A stretch of DNA of 63,062 nt, the filler included, from Reticulomyxa filosa (Eukaryota > Protista > Foraminifera), in the NCBI GenBank assembly GCA_000512085.1. It is 23 parts of 23 records of this genome, joined end to end, with 100 filler letters (N's around TTAATTAATTAA, not from the genome) between each part and the next. Parts side by side here need not be neighbours in the genome. Positions count along the whole stretch, not along the records: positions 19,069 to 24,941 come from ASPP01003975.1; positions 25,042 to 26,622 come from ASPP01022955.1; positions 26,723 to 29,034 come from ASPP01019861.1; positions 29,135 to 30,218 come from ASPP01021521.1; positions 30,319 to 32,955 come from ASPP01024031.1; positions 33,056 to 34,793 come from ASPP01029427.1; positions 34,894 to 36,582 come from ASPP01042292.1; 16 more parts are not named here. One strand, written 5' to 3'. This document shows positions 22,381 through 35,480 of this stretch, in pieces (position 1 is the stretch's first letter; each line of letters begins with the position of its first letter). Below the pieces are notes generated by a model. The model did no database searches, was not told the DNA's origin, and saw nothing but the letters and a program-made list of their open reading frames with translations. The position numbers and the translations under genes are program-made.

Positions 22381-24900
22381 ATGAGGAGCGTAGATTGATC
22401 GCTCATATCAAATGGATTGTGTACGTGCGCTTTTTCGCACTTTGTATTTTAGATTGTAAGTGTGCTTGGGTAGGGGGAGATTTGGAAAGACTTGTCGCAT
22501 CAATGGAGGAGCACAAGTCTATGCGAACAAAGTTGGTGCGGCAAATCACCAAAAAGGAGCCGAACTTCAATATATAGTCGCCAACAAACAATGGAGACTA
22601 ATTGTTATCGAAATGGCGCTAACTTCGTGAACATAGAACCTCGTCGTATGCATGCGCGCAATACTTTGTATTAGTCTCACTTGGTGAACAATGGAGCGTT
22701 GGTTGCCAATTTGCATTCGTTTGAATTGGATTTGTGTCTGGAGAATCGTTCAATGTGAAAGTGTCCCAGTTCGTGAAGGAGTTTTGCAAAACTCTACCAA
22801 GACACCAGGAAGCAAAAGATGGAGATGATAGGATGATGAATAGAAGAAAAAGAAATTGGAGCCATATCGCGTTTGGTAAGTTTTTAAAAAAATAAACATA
22901 AAGAAAAAAAAAATGTTATATCGCGCAAAGTAAGAACGACATCAACATTATGTTGTAGCAACGGCGGCTGGATTGACGAAGGAGTTGAGAACGGTGAAGA
23001 AAAAGAAAATAATTGGCATTGTGATCGAGCAAACCACACTACATTGGATAAATCATCTCATGAAAGAGTGGTTCAATTAGTTCGAGACGTACAAGACACC
23101 GGCAAGCAAGAAGAAAAAGAGTATAAAGATGATGATTTGTTTAAAAGGGAAAAAAAAACAACCAATCGACCGCCTTTATTAACTTTGGTTTGGAATTACT
23201 TCTTACGCAAAGTCGCCACTCGCAGGGCAGACTAACTTCCCATATTGCACCCCAATGAAAAATGTTAAAAAATATGTCAACGTCTGGCAGTGGTACCCGA
23301 AGTATTTGAAAGAACCTGTTTGCCATCAGCGTATACGATACAAGTCTCTGGCGCTGTGCCATGCAAACAATTATCCGCAAATATAATGTCCAGCTGCGAT
23401 GTACCGGCGCCAATGGCCAAGGGAAACTCTGTCGTTATGGAAATACTTACTTTTATAAACACAGCACAACAGTCGAAACGCATAGATTGTGCACTCATGT
23501 CGAAACTGATCGTGAACGTGCGCACATGCGCAAATTTGGACTTAGATCATAGGCGTACCGATTGGAGAAATCGTAAGTCACAGGCAATATTGAGCATCGA
23601 CAATTCTTGAATAAATAGAGTTTGTTGTATTTTCCGGGTTCACCGTTGCAATAGTGGTTTGCTTTGCGTTTGTCGAATAAACGCACATAATCTTTGCCGA
23701 ACTGCCTCCACGATCGACTATTGACTACGGACGACGTGTTGGATGGCACTCAAGAAAACCAGAAAGAAGAATAGCAACAAATACGCCCAAAAAAAAAAAT
23801 GCAAATGGTACCATTCCTCACCGGATTGCCGATCCAAAAATTGTTGAATAAATGCATTGGTGATAGATGCGAGAATTTCCAGTAACGACAACCGTTCAAG
23901 GCCAAAGCGTGTTTTTTATCACAAGGGCGATTAGAGTGAATGAATTTGTTATTTAGAAAATATCCATTTTATGACTGCATTGGAACAGTGGAAAAAAAGT
24001 ATACAGTTCAATCGTCGACGGTCTGGATCTTGGCGCTGTCAAGAACAAAGAAAAAAAAAGACGTGATGATATCGCTCAAAATGGAAACGATATCGATATT
24101 GCTATATTGCAACAACAGCAGCGACTGAATTGGTAGAAGAAATGAAAGAAAAAAAATAAGAGGATGCGGACGTTGTAGGAAATAAATAATCACATATGAT
24201 CCGTCGAGTAAGACACTCTCAATGGAACTCTTCTTACGATATCGTGACTCAATTTGGTGGAAACTCAAGCCGACATCACCAGCAGGCAAGAAGAGGAAAA
24301 CAGGAGGAGGAAGGTGCGATTATGAATAGAAAGAAGTCAGAGAATATTGCGTTGAATTTGTTTTAAAAAGAAAAAAATCATCTGCAACTTCAGTCATGAA
24401 ATCGCCTTTCACGCCCGCGAGTGGCGGCTTTGCGCACTTGTGCATGGACTAGTGCGCCTACAATGGAAGCGTCTTGCCAGGTGTGACAATGTCAAGTGCA
24501 GTGCCAGTGACGATTATAATGACAACAACAAAATGCAGTCCATGTCCTCTTTTTTGTCAATTGTTTTAACACATTGGACTGGTGTTGCTGCTGTATTTTG
24601 CGATTTGATTTGTGTACGGAAGAGAATGTTGTAAACATCTGTTAAAAAAGGAACAACATCGTGCCAGTCGATAATTGGGTCGACGATTCGAAAACCAGTC
24701 CATCATTTATCAAATCAAGAAAAAGCTTGAATATTGGCAATGTCGGTGGCACTGGGCTCTTTTCACATGGGTTTGCTGTTATTTCGATTGGTCGTTTATG
24801 TGCGTCTGTCCAAGCTCCTGGTACATGTTGTTAAATCTTATTTGGGTCCATTGCTTGAAAAAGTCTTTGTATGTACATATTCAATAACTAATCGCAACAC
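22381..24900 (+). pseudogene. Decayed fragment of a large-protein family ('family X', possibly the RNF213-like C-terminal half)
   Basis: Coding-like composition with many stops and frameshifts. VSGAVPCKQLSANIMSSCDVPAPMAKGNSVVMEI is homologous to 34894-35480(-) and to ~55100-55155(+). Confidence 0.7.
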
Positions 24901-27900
24901 AGAATTTTTATACGTATATTGATTATTTATTTGTGTGTATGNNNNNNNNNNNNNNNNNNNNNNNNNNNNNNNNNNNNNNNNNNNNTTAATTAATTAANNN
25001 NNNNNNNNNNNNNNNNNNNNNNNNNNNNNNNNNNNNNNNNNTTTTTTAATGAAAAAAGGTTTGTGTGGATGTTGATGAGAGGGTGAGTCCTTTGTGTTGC
25101 ACACTTTTTTTTTTAAGAAAAACTTGAATCAAATATAAAAATTTTCATGATGATAATTTTCTGGAATGAATTTTTTTTACTCAGTATGATTGAAAGAATT
25201 GAATGAAATGAAAATATATTGTTTTTTGTAGTTGATTATTGGCAAGCTAAACTATACCAATAATTAACGCTTTCTTCCAAGTTGAAAAGAATTGTATTTG
25301 TAATTTTTGACTTTTTGTCGATGATAAAAAAAAATTTTTCAACAGGAGAATGATAATTATTTTTATGGAGACAAGTCGTTGGCGTTTCATTTTCAAACAA
25401 AAAGAAATACAATTTCTAAAATAATCATCAATTATACAAAATTTAAAGTTATCACACTAATTGTAAAAATCCAAGAAATGTGTGCCAGTGCTCCCAAGAG
25501 TTTATTTTCGTTGCCAAATATTTCTACTCAATACCTCTTCGGAAAAGATCACATTTCCAGTTTTGTTGAGGCTCCATTCTGTTCAATCTTTTCGCAAATC
25601 TTTCATATTCGAGTCAATGTTTCAGCATATACGTTTTCAAAGTCTTTGGCTTCCAACGATTAATTTTTGTTTCCTTTTTTTATTTGATATGCATCCAACA
25701 ATCTAAATGCTTCTATTTCCACAGAAATAAATTCTTCAAAATTTTAATCGAGTTGGCTTTTGCTCACCAGACAAGGCTCCAATTTTTGTGATTGTCTTAT
25801 TTTTCTTTCTTTGTAGTCAGTCATCTGTTACTGCTTGTGGTATCATCATGTTCCAGTTCCTCTATTTGTAGAAGAAAACAACAACAAATTAATTCAATCA
25901 TTTGTTAATATTCTTGCTTGAAGGCGATAATCACAGTTCTCTTGCATCAAAAAAATAATCCAATCAACAACGTACCATAATTTCGATATGTTCCATCAAT
26001 CAATATGGAAATTATATTAATTTGAATGTATGGTGTATGTGACATTTGAAATCACATACAACATACTCGACGCAAATATCCGATCAACTGGAATGGACCG
26101 AATAGATTCACAATTGATTGACTCTTTGATGTTTTCACTAGCATTGACTACCGTTGGAATAATTTTTTTATTTCGCTTGGCCTTCTTCACTATTCGTTAC
26201 ATAAAATGAAAATATAAAGAAGCAACAATTGAAAATTGGTGATATACGTATATACATACATATTGATATAAATATATGTGTATGTAAAAAAGATAACATT
26301 GGAATCAGTACCAGCTATGTGATAATTGGATCTTCTTTGGTTTTGTGACTTTTTTCATAGGATTTGATCTTCGACTGCAATTGAACAACACGATCACCAA
26401 CATCTAAACTATTGTTGTCCATTTGAAGAATATGCTCAATGTTGTGTCATTATTTTTTCTGACTTGGCCATTTTTGTTTCGAATTCAGTGATCTTTGCTT
26501 TTCTTCTTCTTCTTTCGAGTGGATTTGCTCGTCCCAATTAAGATGTTGGCGCTCCTATCCGCTTTCCAATTGTCAATATTCGCTGTTTGGTACATGTTGC
26601 TTCTTTGCTTTTAATCCTTTGTNNNNNNNNNNNNNNNNNNNNNNNNNNNNNNNNNNNNNNNNNNNNTTAATTAATTAANNNNNNNNNNNNNNNNNNNNNN
26701 NNNNNNNNNNNNNNNNNNNNNNAAAAAAAAAGATCACTTTTCTCAACTGTTAAATTCAATGCTTTTTCGTCATTGCTAAATGCTTGAGTGACACTGTAAC
26801 ATCGGTCATTTCATAAAGTATCGACAACCTTCCAACAAGTCGTTCCATCTTCGTCTTCATTCATATTATGTGAAGTATTCACTCGATTTTCTTTTCCTTT
26901 GCTTTTGCTGTTTGTGGTGTCGGTGAGACTTGTGCTTCAGTTATCGCACTTGTGCGAATAAGTATTTGAAGTGTCGACGCCAATGTTGGCCTTCGCTGTG
27001 CTCTCTCGACCGCATGCTATAGTATCGCACACAAGACACAAAGCAACAGTAGCAACATAATCAACTGAAAAGAAATATGAAAAAAAAACTGATGAAAGCG
27101 TGTGGATGTGGAGAATTACGAGAGCGGGTGTCATAAGAAATATATGAGGAAGCAATGACAACACTGTTTTGCCATTGTGATTATAATGATTATTGTAGTT
27201 GTATGTGTAATTGTAGTAACGATTGTCCGAGCGGGATGCCATGTGATCGTTAGTCACACATTGTCGAGTTTGATTTTCTTGTCTTTCCAGTTTGCATCCC
27301 AATCCGTTGTCTCCTACGACATCAAGTTCAATCCCAAACAGTACATTTCAAATAAGTCCTTGCACAAACAAAAAGAAAATTATAACAGACGATTTCATCT
27401 GTCAGGACACGCCGAAAAATTCACAGAAAAACCACTTGAAAAGTCATCATAGTGCGACATCTTTCTAAAACGAATTCACTTTTTCATCCTTTTTTAGTCT
27501 TATGACAAACCCTTGGTTGTCGCACTAGCAAGGAAAGTTTGACTTATGTTGGGATGGAAAGTTCACTTTTAAACGTTTTACAACAAGTACTTTTGGTTTG
27601 TTTATTCTTTTAGCAACAAAGAAACAAAACTTTAAAAATCAGAATAAAGTTATTTGATAAAAAAAATATTACAACGGGGAAACGGAAGCGCATGTATTAA
27701 AAAAAGGTTTGTTCTTACCACAGACAGAGACCTTGTCACTGCCAATGGCTACTTATTATTGCGAGGTCGATATTTAGCATTGCTTGCTCGACATGGCAAA
27801 GACCAAACAAAACTCAAGAAACTAGATTATCACATGTTAAGCTTACAGTCACTACTGCAGCAAGTGGCTGAGACTACCAAAGACCTCTGTGAATACAAGG

Positions 27901-29134
27901 ACTGGTATATCAATTAACTTCAACATCTCCAGCATCAATACAGATACGAATAATAGTAATTGCAATAATTCGAATGAAATAATGAACAAAAGACAAGCAC
28001 AATTATCGGGGCAATTGTTAAATATGACCGCACCATTTGATAAATATCGTTACGAAAATGGTTTTAGATGTTACTGCTCCGCCGTCAATTTGCATATCTA
28101 CCGACTGTAATGATATTATCATCATTACTACAACGACATTGGTAATTAAAAATACTTAGAATCACATATTAATCATAATATTACAATATTGGTATTAACT
28201 ATACTTTTTTTTTTTATCAAACAATATTTTATATTTACGAACATAAAACAATTTTTTGTTTGTATGTACTTGTCAATATACAGATATAAAATACTTCATT
28301 TTTTTTAAAAAGGACATGATTTCTACATTATTGCAGATTTTGTTCTGCTGTCAAGCAGACTATTTTTGGACAGTATTTTGTCCCATCTGAATTTATTAGC
28401 TTGGAAACGCGAGATTTTTTTTTTGTTTGGTAAGTACATATTACAACTTTTTAAAAGAATAATTTTGTATAATTGTCTTAAATAAAAAAAAGGTTATCTG
28501 GTCGCCCTTTTTTTAATTAAAATTATTTGGCTTAAGGCGATTTTATATTGAAAACATGTTGGTTATATTTGTGCTATTATGGAAATAGTTCAAGGAGCAA
28601 CAGCAGATTGGCGCGTATCATACTTTCTGTAACTACTTCCAAGTGAATTGTCACTGGTTTTAAAAATGATACTTTGGAAGTAAAACGTTAGTTTTCTAAT
28701 TTGTATTGTACGTACATGTACACCGTTTTTAAATAGATAATTAGTGTTTGTACGTATTTTTTTTTGAAAAATAGAAATTAATGTTTTGCTTTCAATAAGT
28801 AATTTTTTTGGTCCAATTTTGTGATCTTTTTACTGTTGATTCTGTTCTAGTAATTGATGTTTTTTAATTTGACTTTTATTTTGGAAAATAATTAAGAACA
28901 TGAACTAGTTTAATCAGTACCGGCCAACTGTCACATCAAACATTTTTTTCTACAAGTGAAAAATGATGACTGATAGACGTTCTTGAGTTTTTCAGAATTG
29001 GGTCATTTTTTGTGATTTGTGGGTCATTCTTGAANNNNNNNNNNNNNNNNNNNNNNNNNNNNNNNNNNNNNNNNNNNNTTAATTAATTAANNNNNNNNNN
29101 NNNNNNNNNNNNNNNNNNNNNNNNNNNNNNNNNN

Positions 29135-30218
29135 CAAATGCAAATGCAAATGCAGATGCAACTATAATAACAACTGCAGATGCAAGTGTAAATGTAAGTA
29201 CAAGTACAAGTACAAATACAAATACAAATGTAAATGAAAATGAGAATGAAGAGCTGTCGTCGAGTGAGTCAAGTGACGACAACGTGCAATTGGGCACGTG
29301 GGCCAAAAGCGTGAGTCAATGTGACAAGGCCATTTCCGCAAAGTCGGCACACACAGTGCTAACAACTCCGACAATATCACCCGTCCATTTCGTGCATCGT
29401 TACGAGGACCTCGATTCCGTATACACTGTAAGTTTTCTCCACGATTATAAGCATGTGTTGTCGTCCACAAATGGACAGTCGAATATCGATGTCAAGGACA
29501 CAACAGCCTCGCCGTTGCTCTTTTCATTTCACAACCGACCCAGTCACGTGTTGATTGCCAATACCACGTTATATACCATTCTGCGGTTGTATTTTTTTCT
29601 GTTCGATCGATTGCGCACCGCCAAAAAATTGTCTTGGAAACCCCATTCGATTCGGAAACTCAGCGATGCCGAAAAGTTTGAAATCAATCAACAGTTTTAC
29701 AACTTGGTTTGGAATATGTTGGACGACGAAATCAATGAACAGAAGTTTGAAAACAAGCTGTTCTTATTGCTGGGGACACAGGCCTACGAACTCACCACCT
29801 TGAAAATGCTCATCTCCACTCTCACAAAAGAGTTTATTACACACATTTCCGCCGATTTCTCTCACATCGTTCAATTTGTCAATCTGTGGAAATATTATAC
29901 CATGCAATGGAAGCTCATCGATCCCAATGAGTTTCACTTTATATATATACGTATATATTTATATATATATAATACATTCATTTATATATGTATATGTATA
30001 TATTAGTTGGAAGGCTCGTTTGGACTTGATGCATCGTTACCATAATGACATGCGTGCACGTTGTCCCGATCATCACAAGTTGCCATTGGTTCAAATCGAA
30101 TATTTTTTGGACACTGACGAATTGGCGATGCAGGTGATATGTGCCAATCATATTGCGACAGATGTGGCTGTATCGTCCGCGGTGAATGTCAGTTCGGAAG
30201 TGTCATCATCATCGTCGT
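29135..30218 (+). CDS. SIN3: SIN3 corepressor C-terminal (Sin3a_C-like) region, partial
   Basis: ANTTLYTILRLYFFLFDRLRTAK...FYNLVWNMLDDEINEQKFENKLFLLLGTQAYELTTL matches the Sin3 C-terminal consensus. Intron 29931-30006 keeps the frame (GA|T). Confidence 0.8.
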
Positions 30219-30444
30219 NNNNNNNNNNNNNNNNNNNNNNNNNNNNNNNNNNNNNNNNNNNNTTAATTAATTAANNNNNNNNNNNNNNNNNNNNNNNNNN
30301 NNNNNNNNNNNNNNNNNNTTTTAAAAAAAAAAAAAAAAAAAAAAGGGAGAAAAAAAAAAAAATTTTGTGTTTCTATTATGACAAATGTGCAAAAGGGGGA
30401 AAATAATTAATTTTTTTTTTTTTTTTAGAAAAAAAAAAAAAAAG

Positions 30445-30905
30445 GTGGTGGGATTGATTTGATTTGTAATGCGGATATCCGTTGGTGTTTAAACTCATCT
30501 CAATTCAGCATAAAAGAAGTGGATGTCGGCTTGGTAGCGGATGTTGGGACGTTTGGGCGAATAAACAAAATAGTTGGAAATGATTCGCTGCTTCGCGAAC
30601 TCGCATACACGGCTCGCACATTCGATGGTAACGAGGCGCAACGTCTTGGATTTGTTAGTCGCGTGTTTGAGACCAAAGAAGAGATGATGAAACAAGCCTT
30701 GGATTTGGCCTCTCAAATTGCACTCAAATCACCGATTGCTATTTTTGGGATCAAAGAAATGTGCAATTATGCTTTGGATCATACCTTGCAGGACTCCTTG
30801 CGTCACGTTCGAACTTGGAATGGAGGCATGCTGCAAGCCACTGATGTCGCCGATTCGGCCTTGGCTTTTGCAAAAAAAACAAAACCCAAATATGCAAAGT
30901 TGTAA
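30445..30905 (+). CDS. ECH1: Delta3,5-delta2,4-dienoyl-CoA isomerase (crotonase family), last exon, peroxisomal PTS1
   Basis: GGGIDL..ADIR, FSIKEVDVGLVADVGT, RELAYTAR, KSPIAI.G.K, and C-terminal AKL. Confidence 0.92.
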
Positions 30906-31284
30906 TTTGTTGTTGTTATTGTCGCTATTGTTGTCCGTTACTTACTTCAACTTTTGGTGTGAATCTCGCTGGTTACACCATTCCAATTTGACTAGCTTTA
31001 AACATTACATATTAAAAAAAAAAAACATCTTTTTCCCTACATACATTTTCCTACTTCAATTTGACTTTCGAAGTATTACCAACACATTCAAGCAAATACT
31101 CTCATTTGCTCTTAACTCTTCCTTGGAAAAATTCTTCGCTTTCAGAAACTTTGAATGAAATTGTGTATTTGAATTTGGCTTAAGACGTCAAAAAAAATAA
31201 AATTGACGTTCCTTTTTTTTGGTTGCAACTGCTACCAAAAAAAAGGGGAACACACATACTAAAAAAAAAATTGGAATTACTATC

Positions 31285-31734
31285 ATGGCTTGCACCAACA
31301 AAACTGCAGACAAAATACCGGATATTTCATTTATTTCTCTAGATGTTGGCCCGAATAATTGTAGTTTATCAAGAGAATTGAATATTACAGGGACCTTTGA
31401 AAGTGAAAGCTTTAACGGAAAGGCGGTAATAAGCTACGTTGTTGACAGTGCCGATGCTCAACATATCATTCGTTTGGGCGAAACGGATGTGCTAAAAGCT
31501 GAAGGTCATTCCAACAAAAAGCATTTCAAATTTTCCATTAACTCGATCGACGTGCAGAACATTAGTAGATCAATGTTACTAAATGTTGGACTATTAAAAT
31601 TGGATTTGTTGGAAAGAAACAATAAATCTGCTGTTCCTACTAAGGAAAAACTGACCGTTAACATTGTCACACAAATAAAAAAAAATCAACAAGGGGAACT
31701 AATTCGAACTTTTTTCAATCCTTTGGAAAACTAA
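31285..31734 (+). CDS. Divergent ASF1-like (Ig-fold histone chaperone-like) protein
   Basis: 149 aa. Pattern LDVGPNNCSL..LNITGTF..ISYVVDSA..FKFSINSIDVQNI...LLNVGLL parallels the ASF1 strand order. Lacks canonical ASF1 motifs such as LEWK and EFIRVGY. Confidence 0.55.
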   Translation: MACTNKTADKIPDISFISLDVGPNNCSLSRELNITGTFESESFNGKAVISYVVDSADAQHIIRLGETDVLKAEGHSNKKHFKFSINSIDVQNISRSMLLNVGLLKLDLLERNNKSAVPTKEKLTVNIVTQIKKNQQGELIRTFFNPLEN

Positions 31735-32023
31735 AACATATTGCAAATTTTGTGCACGCTTTTTTTTCTCCTTTAAATAAGCTGTATTATTTACCGTTTT
31801 GGAATGTTTAAAAGGATTCAATCATTTAAACGTAACTAAAATAAAACTACTTAACACTTTGACAAATTCGTTATGGAGTTTTCATTTCATATATTTATAA
31901 TTCTACTTACATAAAAAAAAACAAGCTTTCAAGTGAATCTACATTTTATCTGATTTATGAGCTTCGCAGCTGAGTACTTTTTTAAAACAAAACAAAGTAA
32001 ACGTAAATAAAAGAAATAGCTCA

Positions 32024-32955
32024 ATGTATACGGCAGAAAATTTAATGTATGATTGTGTGGGAAGTTTTGTCACAGATTTTCATGGAACGCTAAATAAGTC
32101 CCAGCTTTTTAATGGTTAACATCCTCGTTTTGTAACATGTCGTTGTTTACGTTCACAGAATCTTTTAATCAAAAAACAATAAAAAAACTATATTTTCAAC
32201 AAAAGAGTATCAGTATAGCCAAGTGTGGTTAGCATTACTGAAATGGACACAAAAGCAATTTCAAAGACACAATTCTTTCATTATTCCGCATTTTGGTCTC
32301 ATTGCTTGGAATGAGCACAGCAGTGCTTGGTCGGTCTCGTTTTCGACTGACTTTGTGCCCACATGCCACGGCTTAATAACCAAAGTGGGAACAATAAGTG
32401 CGATTGAAATTTTGCACTCCAATGCGATGCGTTGCAACAAGCGTTGTTTGTCACGTTGCACGACATTGACCGACCCACAGATTCAAACAGCATTAGAACA
32501 CCTCTTCACGAAATTGAAAGAGACAGTGGCATTATCAGCAACAGCATCAATAGACAACATTCGTAACAATAAATTGAAGAATGTGAAAATACATTTTGGT
32601 TGGGGGTTTCTTTCCGTCGTAGACGGGATCGTGGATTTTGTATTTTCAGTTGCAAAACAACAAATCAAAGAAAACAATGACAGCTTTGTGTCAAGCGTGT
32701 TTTCCAACGAAGCAAATATCTCTCAGCAACACTTGTTGTATACGTTGCAAAATTCCAAACCCTTGAACCACTCGCTTTCTGTTGTCGCTTTGAAACATCA
32801 CTTGCTTCGCAAAACATTTCAAGATCAACAGTCTTTGTTGCATACTTTTCAAACAAACATTCGCAACTTTTATTTACCACTTTCCAATGATATCTCTTTG
32901 CGACAGTGCTCCACTGCACAAACGATTCTGCGCAGTGTCAGTGCAAAAAAAAAAA
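32024..32955 (+). CDS. CCDC81-like protein with tandem HU-like domains (3' partial)
   Basis: VWLALLKWTQKQFQRHNSFIIPHFG...FSTDF and IQTALEHLFTKL...VKIHFGWGFLSV..IVDFVF fit the two CCDC81 HU domains. A phase-1 intron ends at 32205. Confidence 0.65.
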
Positions 32956-33055
32956 NNNNNNNNNNNNNNNNNNNNNNNNNNNNNNNNNNNNNNNNNNNNT
33001 TAATTAATTAANNNNNNNNNNNNNNNNNNNNNNNNNNNNNNNNNNNNNNNNNNNN

Positions 33056-33296
33056 GCTTCCCTGCACTCAATTACTTTTGCTTCAACGAAGTGCACTTGC
33101 TTATTCACACCATTCATACGCTCGTCTCGCCCAACTGTCCCATGCCCAGTCTACAAGCCTCCAAGTTTATCAAGCCGTTCCTCCAAAAGATCAATTCCAA
33201 GTCACCGACCAACACGTCGACAAGATCTTACGCGACTGGAAATACTTGGACATGGTCGAGCGATCCAAATCATCTCTCCATGCTTACGACAATGAC

Positions 33297-33346
<50 letters not shown>

Positions 33347-34628
33347 AAATGACTTTAAAGATTGTAACGATGACATTGTCAAGTTTGGCAATGCTCTCCA
33401 TCCCATTTGGCAGTCCTCACAGCACAATCAGACTTCAGAAACTCCTATTTCCATTGGACTCAATCCTGGCAAGCCCAACTTGGTGATCAGTTCCAATGAG
33501 TTACTCTTCCAGTTGCTCGCGCTCTTTGAGTCGCAGCGATTTATTCCGCGTGCCGAGCATGTGCTCATTTGCAATGAAAAGACAACCGAAGAGGACGTCG
33601 CTTGTTTGATCTTTCGAGCCATCACCAATTACAGAAAGACTCTAACCACAACAACAACAACAACAACTACTACTACTACTACCACAATCTCTTCAATACA
33701 GCATGACACTGTTCAACCTCTGTACTGTCTAGTGTTTCCTGAAAAACTGACACTGACGACATTGGACAAGATATATCAAGTCATATACGACTTATTGCTA
33801 AACGACATTCGCTTAGAAAAATTAAAAGATAATTTGTACATGTTTGTGGTCATGTCATCCAAGTCCGACAACAACCTGTGCAAATCCCTTTCGCCGTTCC
33901 AAGTCATTCTTCAAAGCTTATCATCCAAAGACATTAGTCAGCAAATGCTATCCCAGCTTTATTGCAAGTCGTGGACCAATTCACCTGACTCATGTCAAAG
34001 TATCCTCATCAAGCCTTGGGTCCAACTCTATATGTCCGACGATGTCGCCCTGGGCAAAAGCACACTGATCCAAAAGGAAATGAACAAAATTCAAACTATG
34101 CACAAAGACACCAAGATGGTAAAAGAGGCTTGTGTCGCTTTCAACAGCAAAGACATCGATTGGGGTCAAATGATGAAAAGTTTTTGGAGTTATCATCCTT
34201 GCTCTGATGCTGCCAATTTGCAAATGGAACATGCCAAGCTTGAACGTCAACTCGATACGTTGATCGTGTACCATTTAAATATTTCTTCCTGTGTCTCCGA
34301 ACAGATCAACGACTTCCTCTTTGAGCTCTTGTTTTTGCAACATATTAACTCCAACTCTCAAATGTGTCAATGCTTTCATGTTGACTCCAACATGGCCTTT
34401 CTCATCGAACTCCCTTCCACTTTGAGCGACCCCACTGCCATTTTAACTCCCAAAAAACTCTTCTACTTATTCTTTTCTACCGCTCAATTTCCCACTACCC
34501 ACGTCACCGTGCAAAATAATCCCTTTCAGTTTGGAAACGAAGCACAGTATGCTATCAAATGGATGCAAGAATTTTTTGCCGGAAATTTGAAGTTTTGCAA
34601 AAAAAAAAAAAAAACCATAAATTTATGA
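33056..34628 (+). CDS. RNF213/mysterin-like giant AAA+ ATPase, stalk and first AAA region (internal fragment)
   Basis: PNLV, IPRAEHVLICNEKTTEEDVACLIFRA, YCLVFPEKL, SDDVALGKST (Walker A), YHLNISS...FLFELLFL and FLIEL are colinear with remembered RNF213 motifs. Confidence 0.8.
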
Positions 34629-34893
34629 ACAACTGGATTTATGAAAAAAAAAAAAAAAACTGTGCATACTGTGTTTATGTGCTTCTCTCTTCTCTTGGAA
34701 AAAGAAAAAAAGATCCGAATCCTCTCGAAATGCCCAACATCGGGGAAGAGGAAAATGAAGAAAATGTATGAAAAAGTCATTTTGAAGAGATCANNNNNNN
34801 NNNNNNNNNNNNNNNNNNNNNNNNNNNNNNNNNNNNNTTAATTAATTAANNNNNNNNNNNNNNNNNNNNNNNNNNNNNNNNNNNNNNNNNNNN

Positions 34894-35480
34894 TGGCACC
34901 ATTTCGATAACGACCGAGTTTCACTTGCTCGTTGGCATCGGTATATCGCAGTTGGACACAACCTTTGCAGATAATTCTTGGCATGGCAAAGCGTCAGGGA
35001 CTTGTGTCTGTATACGTTGATAGAGTGGCGACTTTGCGCGTTTCCAAACGAAAAGAGCCATTTCATAATTAAAGTCAATAAGCCGGCTGCTGACTGTTTT
35101 TGTTTTTTTTTTCCTTTTAAACAAATTATCCATCTTCATCCTATTCAGCTTCTTGTTTGCCGGGTGTCTTGTGCTCGATCGCAATGCTGATTATTTTCTA
35201 ACAACGTTCGTGTCATTTTCTTCATCGTCTTCCATTTCTTCGCAGTCCAGTCACTGCCGCCGTTGCTACACCATAATATCCACATTGTTTTCACTTTCTT
35301 TTTTTTTTTTCTTCTTGGCGAGCTTGCTTTTATATTTTGCGGCATCAAGGTCTAGATTGTTTGCGATCGATCAGAAGAATTTTGCCAATTGTCCCAACTC
35401 TATATGGCGATGTTTTCCAACTATGAGTCCATCTGCTCTCGCCGCTGTTATGATTATGAGCACAATTTAGTCTGATCGAA
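34894..35480 (-). pseudogene. Second decayed family X fragment
   Basis: QVPDALPCQELSAKVVSNCDIPMPTSK*NSVVIEM aligns with 23340-23445. Shared DNA blocks tgtagcaacggcggc and atttgtttaaaagg. Confidence 0.8.

Noticed and set aside
22381-24900. Alternative genetic code or stop readthrough explaining broken ORFs
   Set aside because: Broken regions also contain frameshifts and deletions. Intact genes have no internal stops and end in TAA or TGA normally.
25380-28110. Coding-like stretches (25380-26622 -, 26723-27450 -, 27654-28110 +)
   Set aside because: Probably decayed genes, but no family could be supported, so they were not listed as features.
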